Counted from the stretch's first letter, positions 35,263-48,615 are shown. The stretch: DNA of 64,000 nucleotides from Chrysomallon squamiferum (GCA_012295275.1 CM022667.1:17360001-17424000), one strand, 5' to 3'. Made by a program: numbers and translations. The notes: a model not told the origin generated them from the letters alone.

Positions 35263-38200
35263 ATGACGTACGTCGTTGTCTGTCTTCTGCTGTGTCTGCC
35301 TTCGGTGTTTTCAGGCGTCAGAATCTCGAGCCTGACTCCGGAACTTTCCACTTGCTACACGCGTTTCTCTAACGTCACCCTCGACAGAGTCGTTGGAAAG
35401 TTTCTCTCCTGGCACTGCGAGGCTCCACTTACCTTGAAGAATAGTCGTCGACGTCGTCTGACATCTTCCCAGCGTGACTACGTCTACCGCATGGTGCACA
35501 GAATGAAAGAGTCTAGAAGAGGCAAGAGACAGGCGAGACGATGTGTGAGGAAGGAGTACAGAATGCTGACCACGCAAGAAAGAAATGACTTCCACAGAGC
35601 CATAAACGGACTGAAACGAAATACGGTAAGTTCGGGTCATTTATCACAGGCGATGTGATAAGTGTGTATTTTTGGCCATGATTGATGTTTTATGGGTTGG
35701 GTGAATAATATTAGAAGTTTGTACCTATCTGATTTTCACTTCGTCATTTTAACAGATGGTGCAACCAAATGTTTACGATGCTCTGGTCTTGCTGCATTCG
35801 GAAATGCAAATTCTTAAAGCTCACGGAGGACCCTGTTTCCTTGGCTGGCACAGAGTGTATATCCTCATGTAAGTAGATTTAAAACATATACACAAATGCG
35901 CATACACATAAACATATATATTAATATCTCGATACGATATTAATTTTATACCGTATCCTCTTATTTAAATGGCATTACTTAATTCAGTCGTTTTTATTTT
36001 TAGGTTTGAAATGGCTCTAGGAGATCAAGTTCCTGGTGTTTGTCTTCCTTACTGGGACAGCAGTTTGGATAATGAACTAGATGACCCATCAGAGTCCTAC
36101 TTTTTCAGTGCAGAGCTGATGGGTAACGGCGAGGGTCCTATAACCTCTGGTCCTTTCGCAGGGTGGAGACGTCCCAGCGATCAAAGCAGTCCGGGCAGCC
36201 GACAACCTCCTGTAATCAGAAACGTCGGGGCTGACGGACAGCTGTACTCACGAGAATCCATAGAAATGATTTTATCTCGCAACGACCATTCAGAAATTAT
36301 CGCTCCCAATGCCGATCCCGATTACGACATCGAGGTACAACATGGAGGAATCCATATGTTTATTGGCGGTGACATGGAGGCTTTGGAGACTTCGCCTTTT
36401 GACCCGATCTTTTTTATACACCATGCCTTCGTCGACTACATCTGGGAATTGTTCAGAATGAAGTTAAGGAACCAGCTGAATATTAACCCTGCATCAAACT
36501 ACCCTATGGACCATAACATTGAGTTTCACGGACGTGATGAGCGAATGGACATCGCTAACTTCACGTGTCTTGATGGCTACAGCGACCAGCTAATGGAAAC
36601 AGTCGTGTACGAGACGTCGCCATCGTGTTCAAGCCGTCGTCCCACGTGCGATTCTCCCTATCTGAGATGTCAAGTGGAAAGCGGACGATGTGTACCACTA
36701 ACTCTTCGAGATTTTCCAGGAAGTACTTCTCCACCAGTAGTCACCGCGGGTTCAAGTCCTGGACAGGGAGGTCATTCTGCTAATCCATTTAATACAAATC
36801 CTGTTCCTATCAATCCACGTCCAAACGTATTTAATCCTAATCCAAGGCCAGTGATTCCACCTGGAAACCCGCTTCCACCAACAACCAGTCAGTGTGATCA
36901 TATTCAGAGAGAGAGGCACAACGTGAAACCATGTCAGAACGCTTACTGTTTGAATGGAATTTGCGATATCAGCCAATGGGTGTTCGTTCCGGTCAAAGTG
37001 GTGACTCTCCGACCCCCAGGCTTCAACGAATACCAGTCGTTTCCAGTCGTGAACGGCGACCTTTCCACCACCAACGACATCTACAATCCGAGCGGTTACA
37101 GCAAAACGAGACGAATTATAGAAGGCCGGCGCGGCAGAACGCCAAAAGGTTACTCTCACTGCCGAGACGATGGGCTTGGACAGATATTTGTTCAGTCACA
37201 AGGACTCGATTACGATGGAGTCTACAAGGAGTCTGCTCTGGTAGATCAGCGGCTGGCAACAACTATGTCCATCGCGTACATCGCTGTCAAAGATCCTGGG
37301 CGCACAGGGGTCACACGAGTATTATTCAGGGCCGCGGATTCCTGCGGACGAGTCTGCCATACGTCCTGCAAAAACCCAAGAACTGGAATCTATGAACCGT
37401 GCTCTGGCGTCATAGAACTCGACTCTCGTCCACCGGTAATGTACAGCAAGAACTACGGCGACGCCACCTTAGACGTCTGGGACTACAGTCGACAGCGAGA
37501 GTGTCCTTCGTTCAAAGACGACAACTTCTTTTTGACATTCTACTGTGACTACAGGGACCATCTACCATGGGTGGATAAAATGTCGGCGCCGTCCTCTTTG
37601 CCAGTGTTTAAGATAAATCCAGTACCAGTTTTCAATAGAAAAGGTGATTATTTATTTTTGCTTTGGTTTGTGTTTGACGACTTTTAACATTTTATTTATT
37701 TGTGTTTTGTCTGTTAGTGTGTGTATGCATATTAATAGTGTTTATGTAATCTATTTTATATATAGGTAGTACATCGTGGTTGTGTATATAAGTACGTGTG
37801 TATATATAACAATATGTATTTCAAGTCTGCCCATTAGATGATACTGAACACTTGAAACAGATAAACTATTCATATATTATCACAAGTTATAATTCAAGTA
37901 TAAACTACTATTGCTGTATCGCTACAATTTCTTTTTTATTCTCTCTCACCCACCCACACACATGCACATAAACACACAGGTATCTAACAACTTTATATAT
38001 ATTGTCTTACTTCATGTTTATATATTTCTGTAACCATTTCGTTTCTGAATTTTATATACTCAACATTTATTTCATTTTTAATTAAAATAACACATTCGTC
38101 ATTTTTTATATTTATATATCGTTCTTGTAAACAAACTACACTCAGTTTCTGATTCCTGTCTTTCTGCAGAATGCCGAGTCAGCAAAACGTGTGTCGTTGA

Positions 38201-38522
38201 CGTAGCCTGCTACTCGGCCTCGCGTATGTGTAGTATTTCTGGAGAAAAACACAAATGTCGCGACAGCTGCAGCGGGTACGCCGTCTGCAACTACGGACGC
38301 TACAAGGAAAGTCGTTGCGCCGTAGACAAAATGTTCAGCGAGAAGCACCACCGATGTTCGGCCATACCGTGCAGGAAGATTATGGGAATGGTGACGCCCA
38401 GAGCCAGACAACACGTACATAAAACTGCAAGATGGAATCCTTTCAGTGTGTCTAGTTTACCCACCAACAGTTACATGTGGGGTCTGGGCAACAGGATGAA
38501 GTTCCGATCATTCAACGGATAG
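35263..38522 (+). CDS. Secreted tyrosinase-like protein with C-terminal chitin-binding-like exon (TyrB1), join(35263..35625,35756..35868,36004..37643,38170..38522), 822 aa
   Basis: An in-frame TGA at 35233 fixes the ATG at 35263. Signal-like MTYVVVCLLLCLPSVFSG, then RRGKR and CVRKEYR. CuA is LHSEMQILKAHGGPCFLGWHRVY, followed by LPYWD; CuB is EVQHGGIHMFIGGDM..PFDPIFFIHHAFVD. GT-AG introns are phase 0, 2, 1; total 2469 nt in frame. Confidence 0.92.
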
Positions 38523-39346
38523 ATCGTGCACTGAACGTCCATCGTGTGGAACATTCGTGCATCAAATACACTCATGTGCAATATTCACTCATGTTATAAG
38601 CACATCAACTGTGATTTATATGTTCTGTCAATCAGGAGGATATTCATGAATGTGCAATAAAAACAATGTACAAAACATAGCGAATATTTTTAGGCGATGA
38701 ATTCTTTTTTTATTATTATTATTTCTTTTCTTTTTTATTTATTTAAATAAATCCTTTCATTAAATATATATGTAAATATTCTGGATCACAAGAAACCTAA
38801 AAAGAAAAAAAATGAATGAAAGACATCAGTGTAAAGAGTGATTATCTTTCAAACAGCCTAAATGTTTATTAATATTCACAGCTGTTCTGATTAGTTTTCA
38901 AAATCAGTCAATAAAAGTGGAAAGGAATAAGTAGCTTGTAAATATGTACACATCTGGTGAAGGAATAAAAATAAAAAGACAGAAATTTGTTTTAATTGTG
39001 TGTTTTTTTATTTATTCGCTGTGTGTGTGTGTATATAACTACATGTTTATAATTTCATATGTTTATATAGATATATGTATATATACAGACATATATTCAT
39101 ATCTTTTCTTACATACATTAGTGCATATGAACCTAAATATAACAAAAACCAACAACAAAAAAACAAAACAAGTGTTAATAAATAAATCTTCTGAATTGAA
39201 ATGTCGTTAAGAAGGCTGTCACTCGAAACACGCAATGCAACAAGTTAATATATTACACAGTAAACGACAGATTAAAACTGACAGCAGCAACAAATCTGTG
39301 TCAGGTTTAACAAAACTAATCGCAGCATTAAAAAACATAAAATTAA

Positions 39347-39390
<44 letters not shown>

Positions 39391-39401
<11 letters not shown>

Positions 39402-39426
39402 TACATATACATACATACATATACAC

Positions 39427-39469
<43 letters not shown>

Positions 39470-39800
39470 CCTTATCTAAATATATAAAATCCGGGCTATT
39501 ATTTTTGCCATTAATTTTTACATGATAATTATTATTATTATTTAATTAGTATTTATTACTATTGTTGTCATTGTTGTCGTCGTCGTCGTTGTTGACATTA
39601 TTATTATTATTTACATATACATACATACAAATATATATATATATATATATTTGTTTTTTTTCTCTCTGAATATATAAAAATCCGGATATCATTTTTGCCA
39701 TTAATTTTTACATGTTGATAATTATTATTATTTACTTAGTTTTAGTTGCCATTGTTGTTGTTGTTGTTGGCATTATCATTATTATTATTGTTATTATTAT
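39391..39800. repeat. About 210-bp tandem duplication
   Basis: TTTACATATACATACATACA..AAATCCGG..ATTTTTGCCATTAATTTTTACATG occurs twice in tandem. Confidence 0.85.
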
Positions 39801-40652
39801 TAGAAATATACAAATAGGTATATGATAAAATTCTATTTCAAATCTGTATACATATATTGCTATTATGGTATGTGTTTAAGGGTTTGTGTACAGGAGGACA
39901 GTTTAATATTCAAAGAGTGAATGAATGAATGGACAGTTAATTGTATAAACGAACTAGAAAAGTGATTATACTTTGAATAAAACAGAGATGGATGGAGAGA
40001 GATTGAGGGAGAGATGTATAGCAACAAACAGAATCAGAAATGTGCATCAAGTAATCGAAACAAAATATGCGCACAATCAAAGCGCCTCACACACTCAGTG
40101 ATAATATATCCACTGAAAACCTAAATATAATAAATAATCTTTAGTTGTCATGTGTGTCACAGAGTTGTTAGAATAACATGATTTTGCAATTTGTACGCCA
40201 TTTAAATTGAAGAAAATAATCTTTGAGAAGTAAATTAAAAAGATAATAATAATAATAATTTACGCATGACAATATTACCTATACTTCAAGCAATCAAAAC
40301 AACATTTAGGTCTCGTTTTATGTACAGACTAGAAAAACGAAGGGTTGACAAATAAGCTATAAAACATTCGTGACATACTTACTCGATAAAGGTCGCACAA
40401 TAACTGGAACTAATTGACAAACAATAGTAACAAAAAATACATATCTGATAATATCTTTCTGGAAACTTAAAACAGTAATACAAGAAAATCAACTAAAATA
40501 ACTGTCAGTTAGTAAAGGTTTTAAATATGTACTATCATAGGACTGACGAGTAACGTACACAACAAACCTAGTACAGGCTCTCTGGAAAACAAAAATGCCG
40601 ACTTCAGCTATTCGTATATTATAGTCCTCGTTTAGTCTGTTTAGTGAGACAA

Positions 40653-40756
40653 AAAGTTTAATCAGTTTGCCAAGATTTACAGAAAATAAAGTTTAATCAG
40701 TTTGCCAAGATTTACAGAAAATAAAGTTTAATCAGTTTGCCAAGATTTACAGAAAA
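40653..40756. repeat. 35-bp tandem repeat, 3 essentially perfect copies
   Basis: AAAGTTTAATCAGTTTGCCAAGATTTACAGAAAAT repeated three times. Confidence 0.95.
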
Positions 40757-42856
40757 CACAGAAACTGACGTCTCGTCAGGACCTCGTGTGTGACCCACGC
40801 CACAATCAGAGCAACAGACAGAACAATCTGCAGTCGGACAGAAGACGAGTTAGTGTTCTTGAAGGTAAAACGTGATGACACAACCTGACCTCAATGTTAA
40901 GAGGTGTCAAGGATAACTCCCAGCTGATGTGACAAATTGTTTGAGTGATAGATTAAGGAACTAGTTACTCCAGACGTAGAAGAAAAAAATAATAATATAG
41001 AAAAACAAAAAACATTTTCATGAATATGTATTATTATATATTGTTATTATCATGAAAGCAGGAAGTCCGAGGTAAAATTAATAACATTTGGGCTTTTAGG
41101 TGTAGGCTACATTACGTCAAGCAAGATGACCAATGGTGCTAAGAAACGCTGGTATGTGTTTCCCATATCCAGATCAAAATGTGAAGCCTGTATTTTCAAG
41201 TGTTATTTATTTGTGTGTTGCAGGGATTGGACTCTAATTCATTAGTAAAGCACTGGTCTGATTAATGATGGGTCTCTAGACTCTGTTCTTTAGTGCGTCT
41301 GTTTTATTAAATTTTGTTCAAGAGTATCCACATATGCTATTTCAAAGACGGTGATATGTACTGTCCTGCATTTCTAAACTGCTTTGGGGGGGGCTAATTA
41401 TTAATAATAATAATCTTTAGATACGGCCTCAGTAATATTAATGAATATAATGTTCAAGATAAAATGGTTTCTCCTCGTTATAAATAAGGCCAGAGTTTCG
41501 CACTCGAAAATCTGCTGGATGTCTTATATCGTGAATAAAGTCTAAACAAGCTTCTATGATATGACTTTTGGGATATATCTCATTAACCCAACTGATCTGC
41601 TAAGGATGTACTAGATGCTTTGCAGTCCATGGGACGGTGAATGCAAAAATTTGATAACTGCTTCTGAAACGTGTAAACAACGAAGTAACAAATTAAATTT
41701 ATTAAAGATGCATAACTAACAAGTTGCCTAATGAATATACTGTCTTTATTAGATCAGAATAAAATAAAATAAAATAGTTTTTTTAATTGTTTACTAAAAC
41801 TCATTCTATTCTCACAGAGATTATGTACAAGGCTGTTCCATCTTTTCATCAGTATAATGTCTGTATTTTAACGTCTGTGTAAATGTATGTACAGACAAAT
41901 AAAACAAACACTCAGACACATATATATAAAGACGCAAACAATAGCACAGGGAATTATTATATATTCAGTTGTTAGCAAGGAATATTCTATTATGTGGCTT
42001 CCCATAAACAGTAAATTAATAACATTTGGGCTTTTAGGTGTAGGCTACATTACGTCAAGCATTACTTCTGATAAGCCTCTCAGGCACCACAAGTTTAATG
42101 GACTAACTTTATCACCGAGTTACAGTCTGCAACAATCTCTCTGTGTCTGTATTTCTGTCTGTTTCTCTGTCTGTCTGTCTATCCAAATATACATGTAAAT
42201 GTAGCAGGGAAGTTGCTATATAATTATGTGCAAAGCAACAAAACAAAAAGAAGATTTATCATTAATTTTAAAACGTTTAGAAAACAATAGAAGACAATAA
42301 TCAAAATATTACATATCAGTGGCAGTCGGTGTAAGATGTAAAATTTAGACTTACAGACTACATCATTTTGTAAACATCATTTTGGCGAAACGCAATAACA
42401 ATTGTGACGGACATGACGTTTTGTTTTATTCAATATTTCAATTAGAATATGCAGTACGTTAAAACTTAGAAGATATTCTATCAGTGTAACATTACTGTTA
42501 ATATAAGTTAAACTAACAAAAACATTTCTTGTCTCCAAAATATGTAACGTCCATCACAGTCATTAATATGTAAAATAAGGTGATTACTATTATTATTATT
42601 TTTTTTATTTCGGTGAAGTGAAGATTTTTGCTAGGGTTTCTATTAATTCAAAAATAGATAAAACGTTTCATAGAAGCTTTATTTTGTGGTGTGAAAATGT
42701 TAAGTCTGTCACAGAGAATTACCATGTACGCACAACAATAATCACAATAAAAGCACACTGTAAAAATATGACCACAATAACAACAACAACAACAAAGCAA
42801 CAATAATAACATTCACAAAAATCACAATAAAAGAAGATAAAACTACAACAACAACC

Positions 42857-42901
<45 letters not shown>

Positions 42902-43194
42902 TTTTATTTTTTCGTAATTTTTTTTTTCTTTTTATTATTATTTTTTCTTTATTTACAATAAGATATGTATCAGTAACAAATATAAACCAAGTTTTGAAAT
43001 ATTCAAAAGAAAAAAAACGAAAAAAAAAAACCGAAGATAAATAACAGTACAGAAACTAGAGAGAAAAGAAAAAAAACTAATTGCCCTAGTTTCCTTGTTA
43101 CTTAACTTCAAAATTTTTCTGAAAACACATCAAACGTACGTCTGCACATCCGCTACCAATCAACGTCGGCTTTCCGTGGGTTACTCCTCTTGTC

Positions 43195-43445
43195 AGCAGT
43201 GACGCTGTTGTGACGAAACAGCCTTGGTCACGTGTTTCCAGTAATGTCACCTTTTCGTTAAATTTGTCAAAAACTTTGAAGAATGGTTAATTACATGGAG
43301 CCTAGTTTATTGATAGGCAATTTTTCTGTCGGCTAATTTCTTTTCCGGTTTCCTTGATGATGAGAGTATTAAAACGAGTGTCCTGCAACTGTTTAGAATC
43401 ACTTGGACAAGTTCTAAGCTGAGCATAGACTTTTACCTAGACTTG
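43195..43445 (+). promoter_or_regulatory. Putative promoter and leader exon of TyrB2
   Basis: Contains TGACG..TGTGACGAAACAG, GTCACGTG (CACGTG at 43229), TTGTCAAAAACTTT and TTGATAGGC, with donor ACTTG|GTAAGT at 43446. Matching acceptor at 44539. Confidence 0.6.
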
Positions 43446-43870
43446 GTAAGTTTACGTCTATCAGTACGTAGCATATAATAGCAAGCTTTATATAGTATTA
43501 TTAAAAAACAAAGCAGGCAGTTCAGTATTATGTAATAGCAGTGTATACCGTAAATCATAAAGAAATAATAATAATAATAAATAAATAAATTATCTAGCAT
43601 TATTTGATACGGTATTGTTTGAAGGCAGATACTTTATCACGTAAAAGAATTTAAATCATTTAGCATTCACCACTGTTTATTTATTTATTTATTCATTCAT
43701 TCATTTATTTATTTATTTATTTATTTATTTATTAAGAGATGAAACTTTCTAGCCAATCTATGTCAGCAATCAGCAACAAGACTTTTTTCAAATTCAGCTT
43801 CCAACATTAATAATCATTTTATAAGGCTGTGAGAAAAACTAACGACGCTAATAACACCATCCGTAGGCAA

Positions 43871-43909
<39 letters not shown>

Positions 43910-44218
43910 AGTTTGTGGATATATATTTCTTTTATTTTTGGGAGCTGGAATTAAATTTGTAACTCAAAGGTTAAAGCTATTATTTTAAAATATAAGTGTA
44001 AAATAAAGTTGCATATGGTAAGAGCGGAGCTATTAGACATGACAGATCACGTTCTCGTACAGTTTGTCTTTCGGTTTTTTCCACTGCCCTACAAAATTAT
44101 TAGTAATGTTGGAAGCTGAATTTAGAAGAAGTGTTATTGCTGACTGTTGACAAAATTTGGGTAGAAAGTTAGCTCTCTTATTTAATAAATAAATAAATAA
44201 ATAAATTATTATTATTAC

Positions 44219-44290
<72 letters not shown>

Positions 44291-44559
44291 CATTATTATT
44301 ACATAAAGTATTGGGGTGGATTGTGGTTGACAGAGTGATCAGTCCTACCTATTGCAATAAGGTTGTTTACCACACAGTTCTTTGCCTTACGGATGGTGCC
44401 ACATTATGCATATTTGCATGAGTGTAAACATGCGTATAAAAGAGCCCTTTCTACTAATAATAACCTACTGAAATTAATTATTTACATATTCATTAATATT
44501 CACACAGTTCTTATTTGCTTTTATCTTCACTATTTTCAGACCCCGATTACGGCAACCCG

Positions 44560-45837
44560 ATGATTTTCAAAGGATCGATCTCAAAATGGAAACTGAAATG
44601 GGTTGCAATCTGCATCGTCGTGTGCCTGCCGTGTGTTTTCTGCAGAATCAAACACTCTGGCATGTCCAATAAACTCACCGACTGCTACAGACGTTTCAGC
44701 AACGTCACCCTCGACAGAGTCGTCGGAAGGTTTCTCTCCTGGCACTGCGAGGCCTCCCTCACCATCAGGAAGGACGGGCTGCGAATGACACCCTCCCAGC
44801 GTAGTTTCGTGACCGGCTTGGCTGAAAGAATTAACCCCAAAGGGCCTCACAGAAGAAAGAGACAGGCAGAAAGATGTGTGAGGAAAGAGTACAGAATGAT
44901 GAGTATGGAAGAGAGAAATAATTTCCACAGAGCTGTCAATGCGCTCAAAAAGAACACGGTATGTTTATACTGTATTTACTGCATGTTGTGAGTAATGGTA
45001 ATGATGCATATTATAATCAGTTCCTCGTCAGTATTTAATGTTCTTAAAAAAAGAAATACGTTAAGTTGTATTTATTTCATTTCTGCTTAATAATAATGAT
45101 AACAGATATTCTAGTCATTTCCTGCTCAATATTTTCTCCGCTGTTAACAAACTTTAAAAAAAAGAAAGAAGAAAGAAAGAATACCTTTAAAATGACATTT
45201 CATGTTAGATGTTCTCTGTTATGGCTATGATTAGATCATTTAGCAATATTATTAGTCTATAATTTAACCAGCTAAAAAGAAAATGGTTAAGCTTATATTT
45301 CATTAAATCGCTCTTTTTGGTGCACTTAAAAATAGCATAAGTTAAAAATTCAGTATTTACATCATGGCTAAATAGCGTTATCCTAATAATTAAACTGTTT
45401 ATCTCCTAGATTAACGCAAGTCATATAATTATATATAAATGTTCATAAGCTGTTAAACAAAATTCATAATTTGTTTTCTCTTTTTATTGGCTGATTTTTC
45501 TACATTTTTAATATTTATAATAATATTTTTTCTCTCTCTTGCTGTCACAGATAGTGGAGCCCAACGTGTACGACGCACTCGCCATGTTACACTCGGAAAT
45601 GCAAATATTTAAAGCGCACGGAGGACCGTGTTTCCTCGGCTGGCACAGAGTGTATCTGCTGATGTAAGTCAAACCCAGTCGTCTGAGTCATACAGTCACA
45701 AAGACAGATGTTTAGTCTTGTAAATAAACAATCACACAGAAGTTTGCATGTACACACACACACACACACACGCATATATAAACACACACACACACACATA
45801 TATAAACACACACACACACACACGCACGCATATATAA

Positions 45838-45891
<54 letters not shown>

Positions 45892-48615
45892 ACACACACA
45901 CACATAAACACACATATAAACAGACATAAACAGATATTTTCTTTTTAAATTGTTTTCCTTAGAAGAACATATATATATCACTTTTAAAAATAATCATTTT
46001 AAATTCTAAATCAATTATTTTGATTTTTGTTTCAGGTTTGAAATGGCTTTAAGAGATGAAGTTCCAGGCGTCTGTGTTCCATACTGGGACAGCAGTTTAG
46101 ACAACGAGTTAGAAGATCCATCACAGTCTTACTTCTTCAGTCCAGAACTGATGGGAAACGGCCATGGTCCCATCACAACAGGTCCTTTCGCAGGCTGGAG
46201 ACGTCCCGTTGACACCATCATCCCTAACAGTCGACCCTCACCTGTGATCAGAAACGTCGGAACTGACGGTCAGCTGTATTCACGACAATCTGTAGAAATG
46301 ATCCTGTCCCGCAGCGACCATGCAGAAATCATCGCTCCTAATTCCGATCCTGACTACGACATTGAAGTGCAGCACGGTGGCGTGCACATGTTTATCGGTG
46401 GCGACATGGAAACGCTGGTTACTTCGCCCTTTGACCCGATTTTCTTCATGCACCACGCTTTCGTCGACTACATTTGGGAAATGTTCAGAGCGAAACTAAG
46501 AAACCAGCTGCATATTGATCCAGGGACAAACTATCCCATGGACCATCTTATCGAGTTTCACGGACGCGATGATCGAATGGACATTGCTAACTTCACTTGT
46601 GGTGACGGCTACAGCGATGAACTGATGGCCTCGGTGATGTATGAAGAATCGCCTTCATGTACGAAGATGCGCCCGACGTGTAATTCCCCATTCTTCAGGT
46701 GCGTTGTTGACACCGGCAGGTGTGTACCCATAACTCTCAGTGACCGCTCCTTTACTCCAGCTCCAGGTCCAGTCATTCCAATGCCACCTCCAGTCACTCC
46801 ACGGCCAAATCCATTCATCCCTCCTTCACCTCCTATGAGTCCTCCACAGCCAAGTCCGTTCAATCAAGTTCCAGATACATTTACTCCTCTAGAGGACGCT
46901 TTTGCGCCACCCCCAATGGATCCATGTATGAACTTGGAGAGAGAACACCACGTGAAGCCTTATCAAAACACGTACTGTCTGAACGGAAAATGTGATATTA
47001 ACCAATGGGTTTTCGTTCCAGTAAAAGTGATCACCACCAGAGCGCCAGGACTACCTAAATACCCGTCCTACCCAGTCGTCAATGGCGACATCTTTAGTGA
47101 CAACGGCGACATTTACCAGCCAAATGCTTATGAAAGAACAAGGCTGATAATGGAGCAGCGAGGAAGAACTCCAAGAGGATACGCTCATTGCCACGAACAA
47201 GCTATTGGTCAAATTTTCGTCCATTCTCTTGGCCTCAATTACGAAGGCGTATATAAGGAATCTGCGCTGATTGATCAAAGAATGGCTACCACTATGTCCA
47301 TTGCTTACATCGCCGTCAAGGATCCTGGTCGAAAAGGCATAACTCGAGCTCTTTTCCGAGCCTCAGATTCCTGTGGCCGCATTTGTCATACTACTTGCAA
47401 GAACCGCAGAACCGGCCGCTATGAACCATGTACAGGAGTGCTGGAGTTCGACGCCCGTCGTCCTCTCATGTACAGCAGAAACTACGGCGACGCCACGCTG
47501 GACGTCTGGAACTACGGCGGCGAAGGCGACATGAATCCAACGTTTAACGATAATAATTTCTACTTCACTTTTTACTGCGACTACAAGGATCACCTCCCCT
47601 GGGTGCAACAAATGACAGCTCCTCCCCCTCGATTCCCCATGTTCAGACCAAGACCAGCTTTTGTACAAACACAAGGTAAATCTTTGTTAATTTTTTCAAA
47701 CTTTCATTCATTCCGTTTCCATTCATTTATTAGTTTATTATTCCTTTTCTTCATTTTATTTCGTTAATTTTTCCACTCGTTCGTACTTTCTTTCATTCTT
47801 TTATTCGTTCTTTTTGTTGTTGTTGTTTCGTTTAGGTTTATGTTCATTCAGTTTATATTATATTTAGTTATATTTATTATATTCAGTTATATTCATTATA
47901 TTTGTCCTTTTATCTTAAACACCTTTATACATATTAAGTTACATATTGCATATGAATAATAATGATGATGATAATAGTAATGATAAATTATAAAAGTCCT
48001 AAATACATCAGTGGCTGTTGTTAAGCTTTTGAATCATACGTCAGATATAATAGTAACACGATCAATCCCTACATCTACACGTTATTAGTAAAACCAGTAA
48101 TCCTCAGTGTAGAATATAGAGACACGTTAAATAAATCCGTGATTCTAGTAAGAAATACAACTCAAGGGGTGTAACAAAATTTAGAACAAAACATATTTGT
48201 AATTGCTAATATTAAACGTGATTTATTGAAATTGCTTTTATTTCTTTATCTAATCATAATTTACATATGAATTAATAAAATGTGTCTTCGTGTTTTTTGT
48301 TTCTTCCACGTAGAATGCCGAGTTAGTCCTACTTGTGTTATTGACGTGCCTTGCTACTCTGCCTCGCTCCAATGTCGATTTTTCGGCGAAACCCACCTGT
48401 GTCGTAACAGCTGCGGAAGATACGCCGTCTGCCACTACGGCCACTACACGGAGAAATACTGCATCGGAAACACAGTGTTTGACGAGAAGCTGCATCGGTG
48501 CTCGACCCGGCCCTGTGGAGGCGACTCCGGTCTGCCCTCCAACTGGAGTCCGCGCAACCGCTACATGTGGAACCTCAGCAAGCGAGTCGGAAACGTGAGG
48601 ATAAGAACGTTTTAG
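44560..48615 (+). CDS. Secreted tyrosinase-like protein (TyrB2), join(44560..44958,45551..45663,46036..47675,48314..48615), 817 aa
   Basis: Same exon structure and phases as TyrB1. CuA is LHSEMQIFKAHGGPCFLGWHRVY; CuB is EVQHGGVHMFIGGDM..PFDPIFFMHHAFVD. Pro-rich linker and Cys-rich last exon; total 2454 nt in frame. Confidence 0.92.

Noticed and set aside
42856-42903. (AAT)n/(ATT)n palindrome with cruciform potential (also about 63419-63483)
   Set aside because: Abutting trinucleotide microsatellites are common in this AT-rich DNA, and there is no evidence of function.
36004-47675. Identical 1640-nt length of exon 3 in TyrB1 and TyrB2
   Set aside because: Internal indels differ and TyrB3 is 1523 nt, so this is most likely coincidental.
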